Made by a program: the position numbers and the translations under genes. 64,000 nt of DNA from an uncultured Verrucomicrobia subdivision 3 bacterium (GTDB taxonomy: Bacteria > Verrucomicrobiota > Verrucomicrobiia > Limisphaerales > UBA11358). The stretch lies in NCBI GenBank assembly GCA_903827955.1, contig CAIKKJ010000061.1:5788-69787 (forward strand), written 5' to 3'. This document shows positions 36,041 to 46,748 of the stretch, one piece after another (position 1 is the stretch's first letter; each line of letters starts with the position of its first letter). The notes under the pieces were generated by a model, which worked only from the letters and a program-made list of their open reading frames with translations, did not search any database and was not told the origin of the DNA.

Positions 36041-37015
36041 ATGCAAACAATAATTGCCAGCACGACCAACGAAGCGGTAGCCGAAGCGTCCCGCTGCAAA
36101 ACCGAAACACTCGCGGCAAACAACCACGAGAACGGCAACACCAATCGCGCCTTGGTAGACGCGCTGGTGAATTCCAAAATCTACAGGGAATATGAGCGAG
36201 CGTTCGGCGACCTTACCGGCCTGCCCATCGCGCTCCAACCGGTCGAAACGTGGCAACTGCCGCACCACAATAAGCGGAACGAAAATCCATTCTGCTCTTT
36301 GATGTCGCAAAAAAGCCGCGCCTGCGCCGCATGTTTGCAGACGCAGGAAAAACTTTGCCACAATGCCGCCGAAGGCGCACAGACGGTAACCTGCCCGGTC
36401 GGACTTTCAGACAGCGCCGTGCCGGTGTGGATGAGCGACCGGCTCATTGGCTTCCTGCAAATCGGCCAGGTCTTCCGCAAGAAACCCACCGCAACGCAAT
36501 TTGAAAAAGTTGTGAAGCTTTGTAAGGAATGGGGCGTGGAAGCCAACCGCGAGACGTTGAAAAACGCTTTCTTCGCCGGCAAAGTTGTTTCGCAAAAGGA
36601 ACACGATTCCGCGATCAAGCTACTCACCATTTTTGCGCAACACCTCTCGATGGTCAGCAACCAAGTCTTCATCCAACGTGAAAATGCCGAACCGCCGGTC
36701 ATCGCCAAGGCGCGGGCCTACATCCACGAACATCAAACCGAGGAGCTTTCACTCACGCAGGTCGCCAAGGCGGTGAACATGAGCAGCTATTACTTCTGCA
36801 AGATGTTCAAGAAGATCACCGGCATCAACTTCACGGACTATGTCGCGCGCATCCGCATCGAAAAATCCAAAAATCTTTTACTCAACCCTAACCTGCGCGT
36901 CAGTGAAATCGCCTTTGAAGTCGGCTTCCAATCGCTCACCCACTTCAACCGCGTATTCAAAAAAATTCTTGGCCAGTCGCCGACGGAATATCGCGCACAG
37001 CTCTTCGCCCATTGA
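36041..37015 (+). CDS. AraC-family transcriptional regulator with N-terminal PocR-like sensory domain
   Basis: The N-terminal half has a Cys-rich PocR-like pattern (FCSLMSQKSRACAACLQTQ...). The C-terminal half is an AraC HTH (LSLTQVAKAVNMSSYYFCKMFKKITGINFTDYV...EVGFQSLTHFNRVFKKILGQSPTEYR). Confidence 0.85.
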   Translation: MQTIIASTTNEAVAEASRCKTETLAANNHENGNTNRALVDALVNSKIYREYERAFGDLTGLPIALQPVETWQLPHHNKRNENPFCSLMSQKSRACAACLQTQEKLCHNAAEGAQTVTCPVGLSDSAVPVWMSDRLIGFLQIGQVFRKKPTATQFEKVVKLCKEWGVEANRETLKNAFFAGKVVSQKEHDSAIKLLTIFAQHLSMVSNQVFIQRENAEPPVIAKARAYIHEHQTEELSLTQVAKAVNMSSYYFCKMFKKITGINFTDYVARIRIEKSKNLLLNPNLRVSEIAFEVGFQSLTHFNRVFKKILGQSPTEYRAQLFAH

Positions 37016-37017
37016 CG

Positions 37018-38145
37018 ATGCCTCGGTCGCGGATTATCTACGACTCGGTGATTGGCATTGGCTTTGCCCGGAGAATTTCGGATAGTCCCGCTCGCACCGG
37101 GATGAAATCCAAAACCATTTTCTCCGTCAACGAACACGCTATCCGCGACCGTGAGGAACGCCTGCGCGCCATCCTCGAAACTGCCGTCGAAGGCATCATC
37201 ACCATTGACGAACGCGGCGTCATCGAGTCCTTCAACCCTGCCTCGGAAAAGATTTTCGGCTATGCTGCCGCCGAGGTTATCGGCAAAAATGTCAACGTGC
37301 TCATGTCCACGCCGCACCGCGAACAGCACGATGGCTATCTCGATAATTATAAACACACCGGCCACGCCAAAATCATCGGCATCGGCCGCGAAACATTTGC
37401 ACGCAAAAAGGACGGCACGTTGTTCCCGATTGATTTATCCGTGAGCGAAGTGCGCTTGAGCGACCGGCGACTGTTCACCGGCTTCATCCGCGACATCACC
37501 GAACGCAAACGGCTGGAAAAAGAAATCCTGGAAATCAGCGAACGCGAGCAGCGCCGCATCGGCCAGGATTTGCACGACGGCTTGTGCCAGCATCTCGCCG
37601 GCGTCGAAATGCTCGCACAAGTGCTCGCGCAAAAACTTGGCTCCAAATCCAAAGATGCCGCCGCCCGCGCCACGGAAATCGCCCGCGCCGTCCGCGAAGG
37701 CATCAGCCAGACGCGGTTGCTCGCACGCGGACTTTCGCCCGTCACGCTGGAATCCGAAGGTCTGATGTCCGCGCTCGCGGAACTGACGCTGAACACCGAA
37801 AAAATGTTCGGCGTGCAATGCGTCTTCGACTGCACGGAAGTTGTAAAGTTCAATGACCATGCGGCCGCCACGCATCTTTTTCGAATCGCACAGGAAGCCG
37901 TTTCCAACGCCATCAAGCACGGTCGGGCGGATAAAATCATCATCACCTTGCGCGACGAACCGGGGCGGCTGGCCTTGAGCGTGCGTGACAACGGCACGGG
38001 TTTTCCGGAAAAATTTTCCGGCAGCACCGGCATGGGGCTGCGCATCATGCAGACGCGCATCGGGATGGTCGGCGGCGCGCTGACGATTGAACGCAACCCC
38101 GGCGGCGGCACGACGGTAAGTTTCGCCGCGCCCAAAAAATCTTGA
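37018..38145 (+). CDS. Cytoplasmic PAS-domain sensor histidine kinase (HisKA_3/NarX-type)
   Basis: PAS region (LRAILETAVEGIITIDERGVIESFNPASEKIFGY...). HisKA_3 H-box EREQRRIGQDLHDGLCQHL. HATPase (NAIKHGRA...DNGTGF...GMGLRIM). The start is uncertain (ATG 37018 or 37102). Confidence 0.85.
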   Translation: MPRSRIIYDSVIGIGFARRISDSPARTGMKSKTIFSVNEHAIRDREERLRAILETAVEGIITIDERGVIESFNPASEKIFGYAAAEVIGKNVNVLMSTPHREQHDGYLDNYKHTGHAKIIGIGRETFARKKDGTLFPIDLSVSEVRLSDRRLFTGFIRDITERKRLEKEILEISEREQRRIGQDLHDGLCQHLAGVEMLAQVLAQKLGSKSKDAAARATEIARAVREGISQTRLLARGLSPVTLESEGLMSALAELTLNTEKMFGVQCVFDCTEVVKFNDHAAATHLFRIAQEAVSNAIKHGRADKIIITLRDEPGRLALSVRDNGTGFPEKFSGSTGMGLRIMQTRIGMVGGALTIERNPGGGTTVSFAAPKKS

Positions 38146-38150
38146 ACCGC

Positions 38151-38825
38151 ATGGCCACAAAATCCAAGACACCCGCCAAGCGCCTCCTGGTCATTGATGA
38201 CCATCCGATGATGCGCAACGGCCTCGCGCAGTTGATTGATAATGAAGGCGACCTGAAAGTCTGCGGCGAGGCCGACACCGCCGGCCAGGCGATTAATCTG
38301 GCGGCAAAAAACAAATTCGACCTCGCGCTGTGCGACATTTCGCTACCGGATAGAAATGGTCTCGAACTCATCAAGGATCTCCGCGCGCTGCATCCTGATT
38401 TGCCGATTCTCGTCGTCTCCATGCACGACGAATTAATTTACGCCGAACGCGTGCTGCGCGCCGGCGGCCGCGGTTACATTATGAAACAGGAAGGCGGCGA
38501 GAAATTCATCCGCGCCATCCGGCAGGTGCTCGCCGGGCAGATTTACGTCAGCGAAAAAATGTCCTCCCGCATTCTGGAAATCTTTTCCGGCGGCACGAAA
38601 AAAAACACGGACTCGCCCGTATCCAAACTTTCCGACCGCGAGTTTGAGGTCTTCCAGTTCATCGGCCAGGGCAAGGGCACGCGCGAAATCGCTGAACAAC
38701 TTCGTTTGAGCATCAAGACCGTCGAGGTCCACCGCGCCAACATCAAGGCCAAGCTGGAAATCAAGACCGCCACCGACCTCGTCCGCTGCGCCGTGCGCTG
38801 GGCCGATTCCGAAGGCAACCAATAA
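38151..38825 (+). CDS. NarL/LuxR-family response regulator
   Basis: REC domain (LLVIDDHPMMRNGL...LALCDISLPDRNG...) + LuxR HTH (LSDREFEVFQFIGQGKGTREIAEQLRLSIKTVEVHRANIKAKL). ATG at 38151. Confidence 0.9.
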   Translation: MATKSKTPAKRLLVIDDHPMMRNGLAQLIDNEGDLKVCGEADTAGQAINLAAKNKFDLALCDISLPDRNGLELIKDLRALHPDLPILVVSMHDELIYAERVLRAGGRGYIMKQEGGEKFIRAIRQVLAGQIYVSEKMSSRILEIFSGGTKKNTDSPVSKLSDREFEVFQFIGQGKGTREIAEQLRLSIKTVEVHRANIKAKLEIKTATDLVRCAVRWADSEGNQ

Positions 38826-38933
38826 TTTTCTGCGCCGGTCAATAAATGGCTCGCAATTGGCAATTGAGGGGAAGTCGGAAACGTCTTTGACTGCGAATTT
38901 GTGCGTGTGATTTGAATTTTCACACACGCAACA

Positions 38934-41690
38934 ATGAGCACCATTTCCAATTCCAATCCCAGCATCGAAGCCGCCCACGATATTCTCCGCCAATCCTCCC
39001 GCCGCCCGCTCGACCCGATCCTTTCGCCGAAATCCGTCGCCGTCATCGGTGCCACGGAACGCAAGCGCAGCGTCGGCCGCACGGTCATGCAAAATCTTTT
39101 GGCCGGCGGTTTTCCCGGGAAAATTTATCCCGTAAATCCAATTCAAGAAACGATTCTTGGCCTGCACGCATTCGCGAACGTCGCAGCGTTGCCAGAAGTT
39201 CCCGACCTCGCCGTCATCATCACGCCGCCGAAAACCGTTCCCGGCATCATCAAAGAATGTGCCGCCGCCGGCATCAAAGGCGTCATCATCATCTCTGCCG
39301 GCTTCAAGGAAATCGGCCCGGAAGGCGCCGCCCTCGAACAACAAGTTTTGGAAGAAGCCAGGCGCGCAAACATCCGCATCGTCGGCCCGAACTGCCTTGG
39401 CGTAATGGTTCCCGGTCACAAATTCAACGCTACGTTTGCCGCGGACATGGCGCGCACTGGCAGCGTCGGCTTCATCAGCCAAAGCGGCGCGCTGTGCACG
39501 GCGATTCTCGACTGGAGCTTGAAGGAAAACGTCGGCTTCAGCGCGTTCGTTTCGCTCGGCTCGATGCTCGATGTGAGCTGGGGTGATTTGATTTACCACC
39601 TCGGCGACGACCCGAACACCAAGTCCATCGTCATCTACATGGAGAGCATCGGCGACGCGCGTGGATTCTTGTCGGCGGCGCGGGAAGTCGCGTTGACGAA
39701 GCCCATCATCGTCATCAAACCCGGCCGCACCGAGGCCGCTGCCAAGGCCGCCGCGTCGCACACCGGCTCGCTCACGGGCAGCGACGAGGTTTTGCAAGCT
39801 GCGTTTCAACGCGTCGGCGTGCTGCGCGTGGATTCGATTTCGGAATTGTTCGACATGGCGGAAGTTCTCGCCAAGCAACCGCGTCCCAAAGGCCCGCGCC
39901 TCACCATCGTCACCAACGCTGGCGGCCCCGGCGTGCTCGCAACGGATATGCTCATCACCAGCGGCGCGCAACTTGCCGAACTGGCGCCGGAAACGATGGC
40001 GTCGCTCAATCAAATTTTGCCGCCGACGTGGAGTCACAACAACCCGGTGGACATCATCGGCGACGCCGGGCCGGAACTTTACGCAAAGGCCGTGGACATT
40101 GTCGCGAAAGACCCGAACACCGACGGACTGCTCGTCATCCTCACGCCGCAAGCCATGACCGACCCGACCGCGACTGCCGAGGAACTCACCTCATTCGCAC
40201 ACATTGAAGGCAAACCGATTCTCGCGAGCTGGATGGGCGTCGGGCAGGTCGAAAAAGGCGAGGACATTCTGAACGCGGCGAAAATTCCGACATTTAAATA
40301 TCCTGACCGCGCAGCGAAAGCGTTTTATTACATGTGGCGTTACAACGAAAATCTGCGCTCGCTTTACGAAACGCCGCAGATGCCAGCGCAAAACGGCCAC
40401 GGCTATGTCGACCGCGACGCGGCGGCAAAAATTATTGCCGACGTGCGCCAAACCGGACGCACCATTCTCACCGAGTTTGAATCGAAACAACTGCTCTCGA
40501 CTTACGGCATCCCCACCGTCGAGACCCACATTGCGCTCACGGAAAACGACGCCGTGAAAGAAGCCGCGCGACTCGGTTTTCCCGTCGTGCTGAAACTGTA
40601 TTCGGAAACCATCACCCACAAGACGGACGTCGGCGGCGTGCAATTGAATCTGCGCACCGCCTCTGCGGTCCGTCAGGCGTGGAAGGCGATTGAAACTTCC
40701 GTCGCCAAAAAGGTCGGGCGCGAACATTTTCAAGGTGTCACCGTGCAGCCGATGATCAAGCTCGAAGGCTATGAACTCATCGTCGGCAGCAGCATGGATG
40801 CACAGTTTGGCCCGGTGCTGCTGTTCGGAACCGGCGGCCAGCTCGTGGAAGTTTTCAAAGACCGCGCGCTCGGTTTGCCGCCGCTCAACGCCACACTTGC
40901 CCGCCGCATGATGGAACGCACAAAAATTTTCACCGCCCTGCAAGGCGTTCGCGGCCGCAAGGCGGTGGACATCGCCGCGCTGGAACAACTCATGGTTCGC
41001 TTCAGTCAGCTCGTGGTCGAGCAACCGTGGATCTCGGAAATCGACATCAATCCCCTGCTCGTCTCCTCGGAACGGGTGTTTGCGCTCGATGCTCGCGTCG
41101 TGTTGCACGACCCGAAAACGCCGGAGGAACAACTTCCGTGCCCGGCCATCCGTCCGTATCCGGTCCAATACATGACGCCGTGGAAATTGAAGAACAAGGC
41201 TCCGGTCATGATTCGCCCGATTCGCCCCGAGGACGAGCCGATGATTGTAAAATTTCACGAGACACTTTCCGAGGAGAGCGTGTATCACCGTTATTTTCGC
41301 GCACTGCACCTGGAGCAACGCATCGCCCACGAACGACTCACGCGCATCTGCTTCAACGATTACGACCGCGAAATCGCCCTCGTCGCCGAGATGAAACCGG
41401 CGAAGGAAGATGAGGAGAAAAAAATTCTCGGCGTCGGTCGTTTGAGCAAACAGCACGGTGCGAACGAGGCGGAATTTGCCATCCTCGTGAACGACCACTG
41501 GCAAAACCTCGGCCTCGGCTACGAACTGTTGAAACAGCTCATTGAGGTTGGCCGGGCGGAAAAACTCGACCGCATCATCGGCGAAATCCTTTCCGAAAAC
41601 CACGCCATGCGGCACATCTGCAAAAAGCTCGGCTTCAAAATCGTCGCCGACGAAGACAAACGCACTTACACGGCAATCTATAACATCTGA
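38934..41690 (+). CDS. ADP-forming acetyl-CoA synthetase (CoA-binding + ligase-CoA + ATP-grasp) fused to a C-terminal GNAT acetyltransferase (Pat/YfiQ-like architecture)
   Basis: 918 aa. N-terminal [26 protein letters not shown]...IYPVNP. The phosphohistidine-loop-like [11 protein letters not shown] is retained. The ATP-grasp part has [18 protein letters not shown]-terminal GNAT ([26 protein letters not shown]). Confidence 0.9.
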   Translation: MSTISNSNPSIEAAHDILRQSSRRPLDPILSPKSVAVIGATERKRSVGRTVMQNLLAGGFPGKIYPVNPIQETILGLHAFANVAALPEVPDLAVIITPPKTVPGIIKECAAAGIKGVIIISAGFKEIGPEGAALEQQVLEEARRANIRIVGPNCLGVMVPGHKFNATFAADMARTGSVGFISQSGALCTAILDWSLKENVGFSAFVSLGSMLDVSWGDLIYHLGDDPNTKSIVIYMESIGDARGFLSAAREVALTKPIIVIKPGRTEAAAKAAASHTGSLTGSDEVLQAAFQRVGVLRVDSISELFDMAEVLAKQPRPKGPRLTIVTNAGGPGVLATDMLITSGAQLAELAPETMASLNQILPPTWSHNNPVDIIGDAGPELYAKAVDIVAKDPNTDGLLVILTPQAMTDPTATAEELTSFAHIEGKPILASWMGVGQVEKGEDILNAAKIPTFKYPDRAAKAFYYMWRYNENLRSLYETPQMPAQNGHGYVDRDAAAKIIADVRQTGRTILTEFESKQLLSTYGIPTVETHIALTENDAVKEAARLGFPVVLKLYSETITHKTDVGGVQLNLRTASAVRQAWKAIETSVAKKVGREHFQGVTVQPMIKLEGYELIVGSSMDAQFGPVLLFGTGGQLVEVFKDRALGLPPLNATLARRMMERTKIFTALQGVRGRKAVDIAALEQLMVRFSQLVVEQPWISEIDINPLLVSSERVFALDARVVLHDPKTPEEQLPCPAIRPYPVQYMTPWKLKNKAPVMIRPIRPEDEPMIVKFHETLSEESVYHRYFRALHLEQRIAHERLTRICFNDYDREIALVAEMKPAKEDEEKKILGVGRLSKQHGANEAEFAILVNDHWQNLGLGYELLKQLIEVGRAEKLDRIIGEILSENHAMRHICKKLGFKIVADEDKRTYTAIYNI

Positions 41691-41693
41691 ACC

Positions 41694-44600
41694 ATGAAAA
41701 CTCCACGCGTTTTCAAAACCATTGACGGCTGCGAAGCCGCTGCCAGCGTCGCGTTCAAGCTGAACGAATCCATGGCGATTTATCCCATCACGCCATCGTC
41801 GCCCATCGCCGAGTGGTGCGATCAATGGGCATCCGAGGGCAAAAAAAATCTCTGGGACACCACGCCCGCCATCGTGGAAATGCAAAGCGAAGGCGGCGCC
41901 GTCGGCGCCGTTCACGGAATGCTCCAGACCGGCTCGCTGGCAACGACCTTCACGGCGTCGCAAGGCCTCTTGTTGATGATTCCGAACATGTTCAAGTTTG
42001 CAGGCGAATTGCTGCCGACGGTTTTTCATGTCACCGCGCGAACCGTCGCGACGCACGCGCTTTCGATATTCGGCGACCACAGCGACATCATGGCGGTGCG
42101 TTCTGCTGGTTGGGCGATGCTCGGCGCGGCTTCGGTGCAAGAGACGATGGACTTCGCACTCATCGCGCACGCGGCCACGCTGCGCACGCGGATTCCGTTC
42201 GTGCATTTCTTCGACGGCTTCCGCACCTCGCACGAAGTTTCTAAAATTGAAATGCTGGACGATGCCGTGCTGCGCGCCCTGATTGACGACAAATTGATTG
42301 CTGAATTTCGTTCCCGCGCGATGACGCCGGACAGGCCGGTGCTGCGCGGCACGGCGCAAAATCCCGATGCATTTTTTCAAGGTCGCGAGGCGGCGAATCC
42401 ATTTTATTCCGCCTGCCCCGACATCGTCCAAAAAGTGATGGATGAATTTGCCGAGCAGACTGGGCGCAAATACAACTTGTTCGAATACGTCGGCGCACCG
42501 GACGCAGAACACGTCATCGTGCTCATGGGATCCGGCTGCGACGCCGCGCACGAAGCAGTCGAGCACTTGAACCACCACGGCGAAAATATCGGCCTGCTCA
42601 AAGTGCGTTTGTATCGCCCGTTCGATGGCAGACGATTCGTCGAGGCGTTGCCGCCGTTCGTCCGCAAGATCGCCGTCCTTGACCGCACGAAAGAACCCGG
42701 CGCCACCGGCGAACCGCTGTATCAAGACTGCCTCACCGCCCTGATGGAGGAACTATCCGCCGGCCGCTCGCTGTTGAAATTCATGCCGAGGGTCGTTTCC
42801 GGCCGCTACGGCTTGTCCTCGAAAGAATTCACGCCGGCGATGGTCAAGGCGGTGTTTGATAATCTGAAATCGGACGCACCAAAAAATCATTTCACCATTG
42901 GCATCAATGACGATGTCTCCGGCAGCAGCCTGCCGTTCGACCCTGATTTCTCAACCGAGCCAGAGAATGTCGTGCGCGCCCTGTTTTACGGCCTTGGCGC
43001 GGACGGCACGGTGGGCGCAAACAAAAATTCCATCAAGATCATCGGCGAAGAGACCGAAAACTTTGCGCAAGGCTACTTCGTTTATGATTCCAAGAAATCC
43101 GGCTCCATCACCACCTCGCACTTGCGCTTTGGACCGAAGCCGATTCGTTCCTCGTATCTGGTGACGAAAGCGAACTTTGTCGCGTGTCATCAACCCGGTT
43201 TCCTCGAACGCTACGAAATGCTCCGCAGCCTGGTTCCCGGCGGCACGTTTCTGCTCAACACGCCTTACGCGGCGGAACAAGTCTGGAGCAAACTGCCGAC
43301 ACCCGTTCAAGAAAGTTTGCTCGCAAAAAAAGCACGGCTCTTCGTCATCAACGCCACGCGTGTCGCGAAGGAAAGCGGCATGGGCGGACGCATCAACACC
43401 ATTATGCAAGTCTGCTTCTTCGCGCTCTCCGGCGTGCTGCCGAAGGACGAGGCGATTGACGCGATCAAAAATTCCATCAAGAAAACCTACGGCAAAAAGG
43501 GCGAGGAAATCGTGAAGATGAATTTGCAAGCCGTGGACAACACGCTCGCGCATCTGCACGAGGTGAAGTTGACGGATAATAAGTTGAACGGCGCTGGCCC
43601 GCTGCTGCCGCCGATTTCGCCGGACGCGCCCGCGTTCGTGAAAAATGTTCTCGGCAAGCTCGCCGCCGGTTTTGGCGATGAACTGCCGGTGAGCGCGTTC
43701 CCGAACGATGGGACTTTTCCCACGGCCACGGCGCAATACGAGAAGCGCAATCTCGCGCTGGAGATTCCCGTGTGGGACGAAAAGACCTGCATCCAATGCT
43801 TGAAGTGCGTGGCCATCTGCCCCCATGCCACCATCCGCGCAAAAGTTTATGATGCGGCGGAATTGAAGGATGCACCGGCGACTTTTAAAGTAACCGACGC
43901 GCGTGTGCCGGAGTTCAATGGCATGAAGTTTTCGCTGCAAGTCGCGGCGGAAGATTGCACTGGCTGCAGTCTTTGCGTCGAAGTTTGCCCGGCGAAAAAC
44001 AAATCCGAAGCGAAGCTAAAAGCCATCAATATGCGCCCGCAACCGCCGTTGCGTGATGCCGAGCGCGCGAATTGGAATTATTTTCTTACCTTGCCCGAGT
44101 TCGACCGGCGCAAAATCAAGACCGCCACGCTGCGGCAACAACAATTGCAGCAACCTTTGTTCGAGTTCAGCGGCGCGTGCGCCGGCTGCGGCGAGACGCC
44201 TTACATCAAGATGCTGACACAGCTGTTTGGCGACCGCGCAGTCATCGCCAATGCGACGGGCTGCTCATCCATCTACGGCGGCAACCTGCCGACGACGCCT
44301 TACACGACGGACGGCGGTGGCCGAGGCCCGACGTGGTGCAATTCGCTGTTCGAGGACAACGCGGAATTCGGCTTAGGTTTCCGCGTTTCGATTGACAAGC
44401 AAAAGGAACTTGCAGAAGAACTCCTGAAAAAAATGTCACCGAAGCTGGGCGATGAATTCGTAACCCAATTGCTGCTTGCCGACCAAGGCGATGAAGCAGG
44501 CATTTATGAACAACGTCAGCGAGTAATCGCGCTCAAAGAAAAACTCCAGGACCTGATTTCAGTCGAGGCCAAAATGCTTTTGAGCGTCGCGGATCAACTG

Positions 44601-45302
44601 GTCAAAAAGAGCGTCTGGATTCTCGGCGGCGACGGGTGGGCCTACGACATTGGCTACGGCGGATTGGACCACGTGCTCGCCAGCGGGAAAAAAGTGAATG
44701 TGCTGGTGATGGATACAGAAGTTTATTCCAACACCGGCGGCCAGATGAGCAAGTCCACGCCGCGCGGTGCGATTGCCAAGTTTGCGGCGGGTGGAAAACC
44801 GGCGGGCAAAAAAGATCTCGGCCTTATCGCCATGAGCTATGGCAATATCTACGTCGCAAGCGTGGCAATGGGTGCGAAAGACGAACACACTCTGAAAGCA
44901 CTCGTCGAAGCGGAAAGTTATCCCGGCCCTTCGCTTATCATTGCTTACAGCCATTGCATCGCACACGGCATCGCGCTGGACACGGGCATCGGCGCACGCC
45001 AGCAAAAACTCGCGGTGGAATCCGGCCAATGGCTTTTGTATCGCTACGACCCGCGTCGCGCCGCGCGTGGCGAAAATCCGCTGCAACTTGATTCCGGCGC
45101 GGCGAAGCATAAGGTGAAGGATTTTATGCTCACGGAAAACCGCTTCAAGATGCTCACCAAGAGCAAGCCGGATGATGCGAAGTTATTTTTTGAGCAATCG
45201 CAAACTGACGCCGACCGACGCTGGAAATTTTATCAATTTCTCGCCGCGCGCGAGACGAAGCCGCAAGTTACTGCTGTAATTGAAACTGCCGTTCACCATT
45301 AA
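41694..45302 (+). CDS. nifJ: Pyruvate:ferredoxin (flavodoxin) oxidoreductase, single-polypeptide type
   Basis: 1202 aa. IDGCEAAASVAFKLNESMAIYPITPSS..., two 4Fe-4S ferredoxin motifs (CIQCLKCVAICPH / CTGCSLCVEVCP) and a TPP domain (GGDGWAYDIGYGGLDHV). Confidence 0.95.
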   Translation: MKTPRVFKTIDGCEAAASVAFKLNESMAIYPITPSSPIAEWCDQWASEGKKNLWDTTPAIVEMQSEGGAVGAVHGMLQTGSLATTFTASQGLLLMIPNMFKFAGELLPTVFHVTARTVATHALSIFGDHSDIMAVRSAGWAMLGAASVQETMDFALIAHAATLRTRIPFVHFFDGFRTSHEVSKIEMLDDAVLRALIDDKLIAEFRSRAMTPDRPVLRGTAQNPDAFFQGREAANPFYSACPDIVQKVMDEFAEQTGRKYNLFEYVGAPDAEHVIVLMGSGCDAAHEAVEHLNHHGENIGLLKVRLYRPFDGRRFVEALPPFVRKIAVLDRTKEPGATGEPLYQDCLTALMEELSAGRSLLKFMPRVVSGRYGLSSKEFTPAMVKAVFDNLKSDAPKNHFTIGINDDVSGSSLPFDPDFSTEPENVVRALFYGLGADGTVGANKNSIKIIGEETENFAQGYFVYDSKKSGSITTSHLRFGPKPIRSSYLVTKANFVACHQPGFLERYEMLRSLVPGGTFLLNTPYAAEQVWSKLPTPVQESLLAKKARLFVINATRVAKESGMGGRINTIMQVCFFALSGVLPKDEAIDAIKNSIKKTYGKKGEEIVKMNLQAVDNTLAHLHEVKLTDNKLNGAGPLLPPISPDAPAFVKNVLGKLAAGFGDELPVSAFPNDGTFPTATAQYEKRNLALEIPVWDEKTCIQCLKCVAICPHATIRAKVYDAAELKDAPATFKVTDARVPEFNGMKFSLQVAAEDCTGCSLCVEVCPAKNKSEAKLKAINMRPQPPLRDAERANWNYFLTLPEFDRRKIKTATLRQQQLQQPLFEFSGACAGCGETPYIKMLTQLFGDRAVIANATGCSSIYGGNLPTTPYTTDGGGRGPTWCNSLFEDNAEFGLGFRVSIDKQKELAEELLKKMSPKLGDEFVTQLLLADQGDEAGIYEQRQRVIALKEKLQDLISVEAKMLLSVADQLVKKSVWILGGDGWAYDIGYGGLDHVLASGKKVNVLVMDTEVYSNTGGQMSKSTPRGAIAKFAAGGKPAGKKDLGLIAMSYGNIYVASVAMGAKDEHTLKALVEAESYPGPSLIIAYSHCIAHGIALDTGIGARQQKLAVESGQWLLYRYDPRRAARGENPLQLDSGAAKHKVKDFMLTENRFKMLTKSKPDDAKLFFEQSQTDADRRWKFYQFLAARETKPQVTAVIETAVHH

Positions 45303-45314
45303 CCACGCATTAAT

Positions 45315-46307
45315 ATGGACCTGACCACCACCTACCTCGGCCTGAAGCTGCGCACTCCGTTGGTCATGGCTGCGTCGCCGCTTTCGGAAAATCTCGACAA
45401 CCTCAAGCGCATGGAAGACGCCGGTGCCAGTGCCGTCGTGATGCACTCACTGTTTGAAGAACAGTTGCGGCAGGACCGGTTGGAGCTGCACCGGCATCTG
45501 GAGAACGGCACGGAAAGTTATGCGGAGGCGTTGAGTTATTTTCCCGACGCGGGCGAGTATCGTCTCGGCCCGGAGGAATATCTACGCCACATCTGGCGGG
45601 CGAAAGAGATGACGAAGGTTCCCATCATCGCCAGCCTGAATTGCTCGTCCGTGGGTGGCTGGGTGGAATACGCCCGCCAAATCCAGCTTGCCGGCGCGGA
45701 CGCGCTGGAATTGAACATTTACCACATCCCGACCGACCCGGATGTGCCCGGAGAAATGTTAGAAGAAAATTATCTAAACATCCTGCGGGCCGTGCGGGCG
45801 GAAGTTAAGATACCCATTGCGGTAAAGTTAAGCCCGTTCTTCAGCAACTTTGCCAACATGGCGAAACGTTTCGATGCGGCGGGGGCGAACGGACTGGTGC
45901 TATTCAATCGCTTTTACCAACCAGACATTGACCTCGAAGATTTGGAAGTAAGACCAAATCTTTTGTTGAGCACGCCCATGGCGATGCGTCTGCCCTTGCG
46001 CTGGATCGCCATTTTGCACGGACGGCTGCACGCGAGCCTGGCGGCGACCAGCGGCATCCACCGCGCCGGTGACGCGTTGAAAATGCTGCTGGCCGGCGCA
46101 GATGTGACCATGCTCTGCTCGACTGTCCTGCGTCACGGATTCCCACAGATTGCACTCATTGAAAGCGACCTCGCACGCTGGCTGGAAGACCACGACTATG
46201 AATCGGTCAGCCAGATCAAAGGCAGCTTGAGCCAGAAAAACTGCCCCGACCCGACGGCATTTGAGCGGGCGCAATACATGAAGGCACTTTGCACTTACTC
46301 CATCTAA
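45315..46307 (+). CDS. Dihydroorotate-dehydrogenase-like flavoprotein (TIM-barrel, function unknown)
   Basis: 330 aa. [43 protein letters not shown]..., [17 protein letters not shown] and [15 protein letters not shown], as in the 'dihydroorotate dehydrogenase-like protein' family. Confidence 0.85.
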   Translation: MDLTTTYLGLKLRTPLVMAASPLSENLDNLKRMEDAGASAVVMHSLFEEQLRQDRLELHRHLENGTESYAEALSYFPDAGEYRLGPEEYLRHIWRAKEMTKVPIIASLNCSSVGGWVEYARQIQLAGADALELNIYHIPTDPDVPGEMLEENYLNILRAVRAEVKIPIAVKLSPFFSNFANMAKRFDAAGANGLVLFNRFYQPDIDLEDLEVRPNLLLSTPMAMRLPLRWIAILHGRLHASLAATSGIHRAGDALKMLLAGADVTMLCSTVLRHGFPQIALIESDLARWLEDHDYESVSQIKGSLSQKNCPDPTAFERAQYMKALCTYSI

Positions 46308-46376
46308 CCAAATTTAAAGCTTCAAAATAACTTGTTGCCAAGAATCGCAGGTTAAAGTTAGTATCGTTACTGAACT

Positions 46377-46619
46377 ATGAAAACTGATTCATTGAAGCAA
46401 TACGTCACCCTTCACCAAACCTTGAATGCTGAAAAGGCGAAGCTGGAAGCCCGCCTCTCGGCCATCAACAAAGCCCTCGGCGGTTCGCTCGCCAAGGTGA
46501 CCACCGTCGGCAGCCCGGTGAAGAAGAAAAAATTCAGCGCCGCCGCCCGCGCCGCCATTGCCGCCGCGCAACGGGCACGCTGGGCCAAAATCAAGGCCGC
46601 CAAGAAAGTCGGCAAGTAA
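46377..46619 (+). CDS. Small basic hypothetical protein (80 aa)
   Basis: ATG start. Coiled-coil-like N-terminus and Lys/Ala/Arg-rich C-terminus (AAARAAIAAAQRARWAKIKAAKKVGK). No family name known to me. Confidence 0.55.
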   Translation: MKTDSLKQYVTLHQTLNAEKAKLEARLSAINKALGGSLAKVTTVGSPVKKKKFSAAARAAIAAAQRARWAKIKAAKKVGK

Positions 46620-46748
46620 GCCGAAACAACCCCTCGCACGGCGGCCAGTTTCTCCGCGCCGCGCGGCGGATTTAATCTGACAAATCGGGCAAGATTGGGT
46701 TTAGGTTTTTCGTTTTCCCGCCGATATAAATGCGGGTTCACCCGCGAA

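Noticed and set aside
38901-38930. Imperfect inverted repeat GTGCGTGTGA-N9-TCACACACGC ending 4 nt before the ACS-GNAT start codon
   Set aside because: Only 6 contiguous base pairs plus a mismatch. It could be an operator or a translational hairpin, but there is no supporting evidence from sequence alone.
38433-42725. Very long minus-strand ORFs (572 aa at 38433..40151 and 844 aa at 40191..42725) opposite the ACS-GNAT and PFOR genes
   Set aside because: The translations are Arg/Gly/Ala/Val-rich low-complexity strings with no motifs. The plus strand carries unmistakable ACS/GNAT and PFOR homology. These are typical antisense shadow ORFs of GC-rich DNA.
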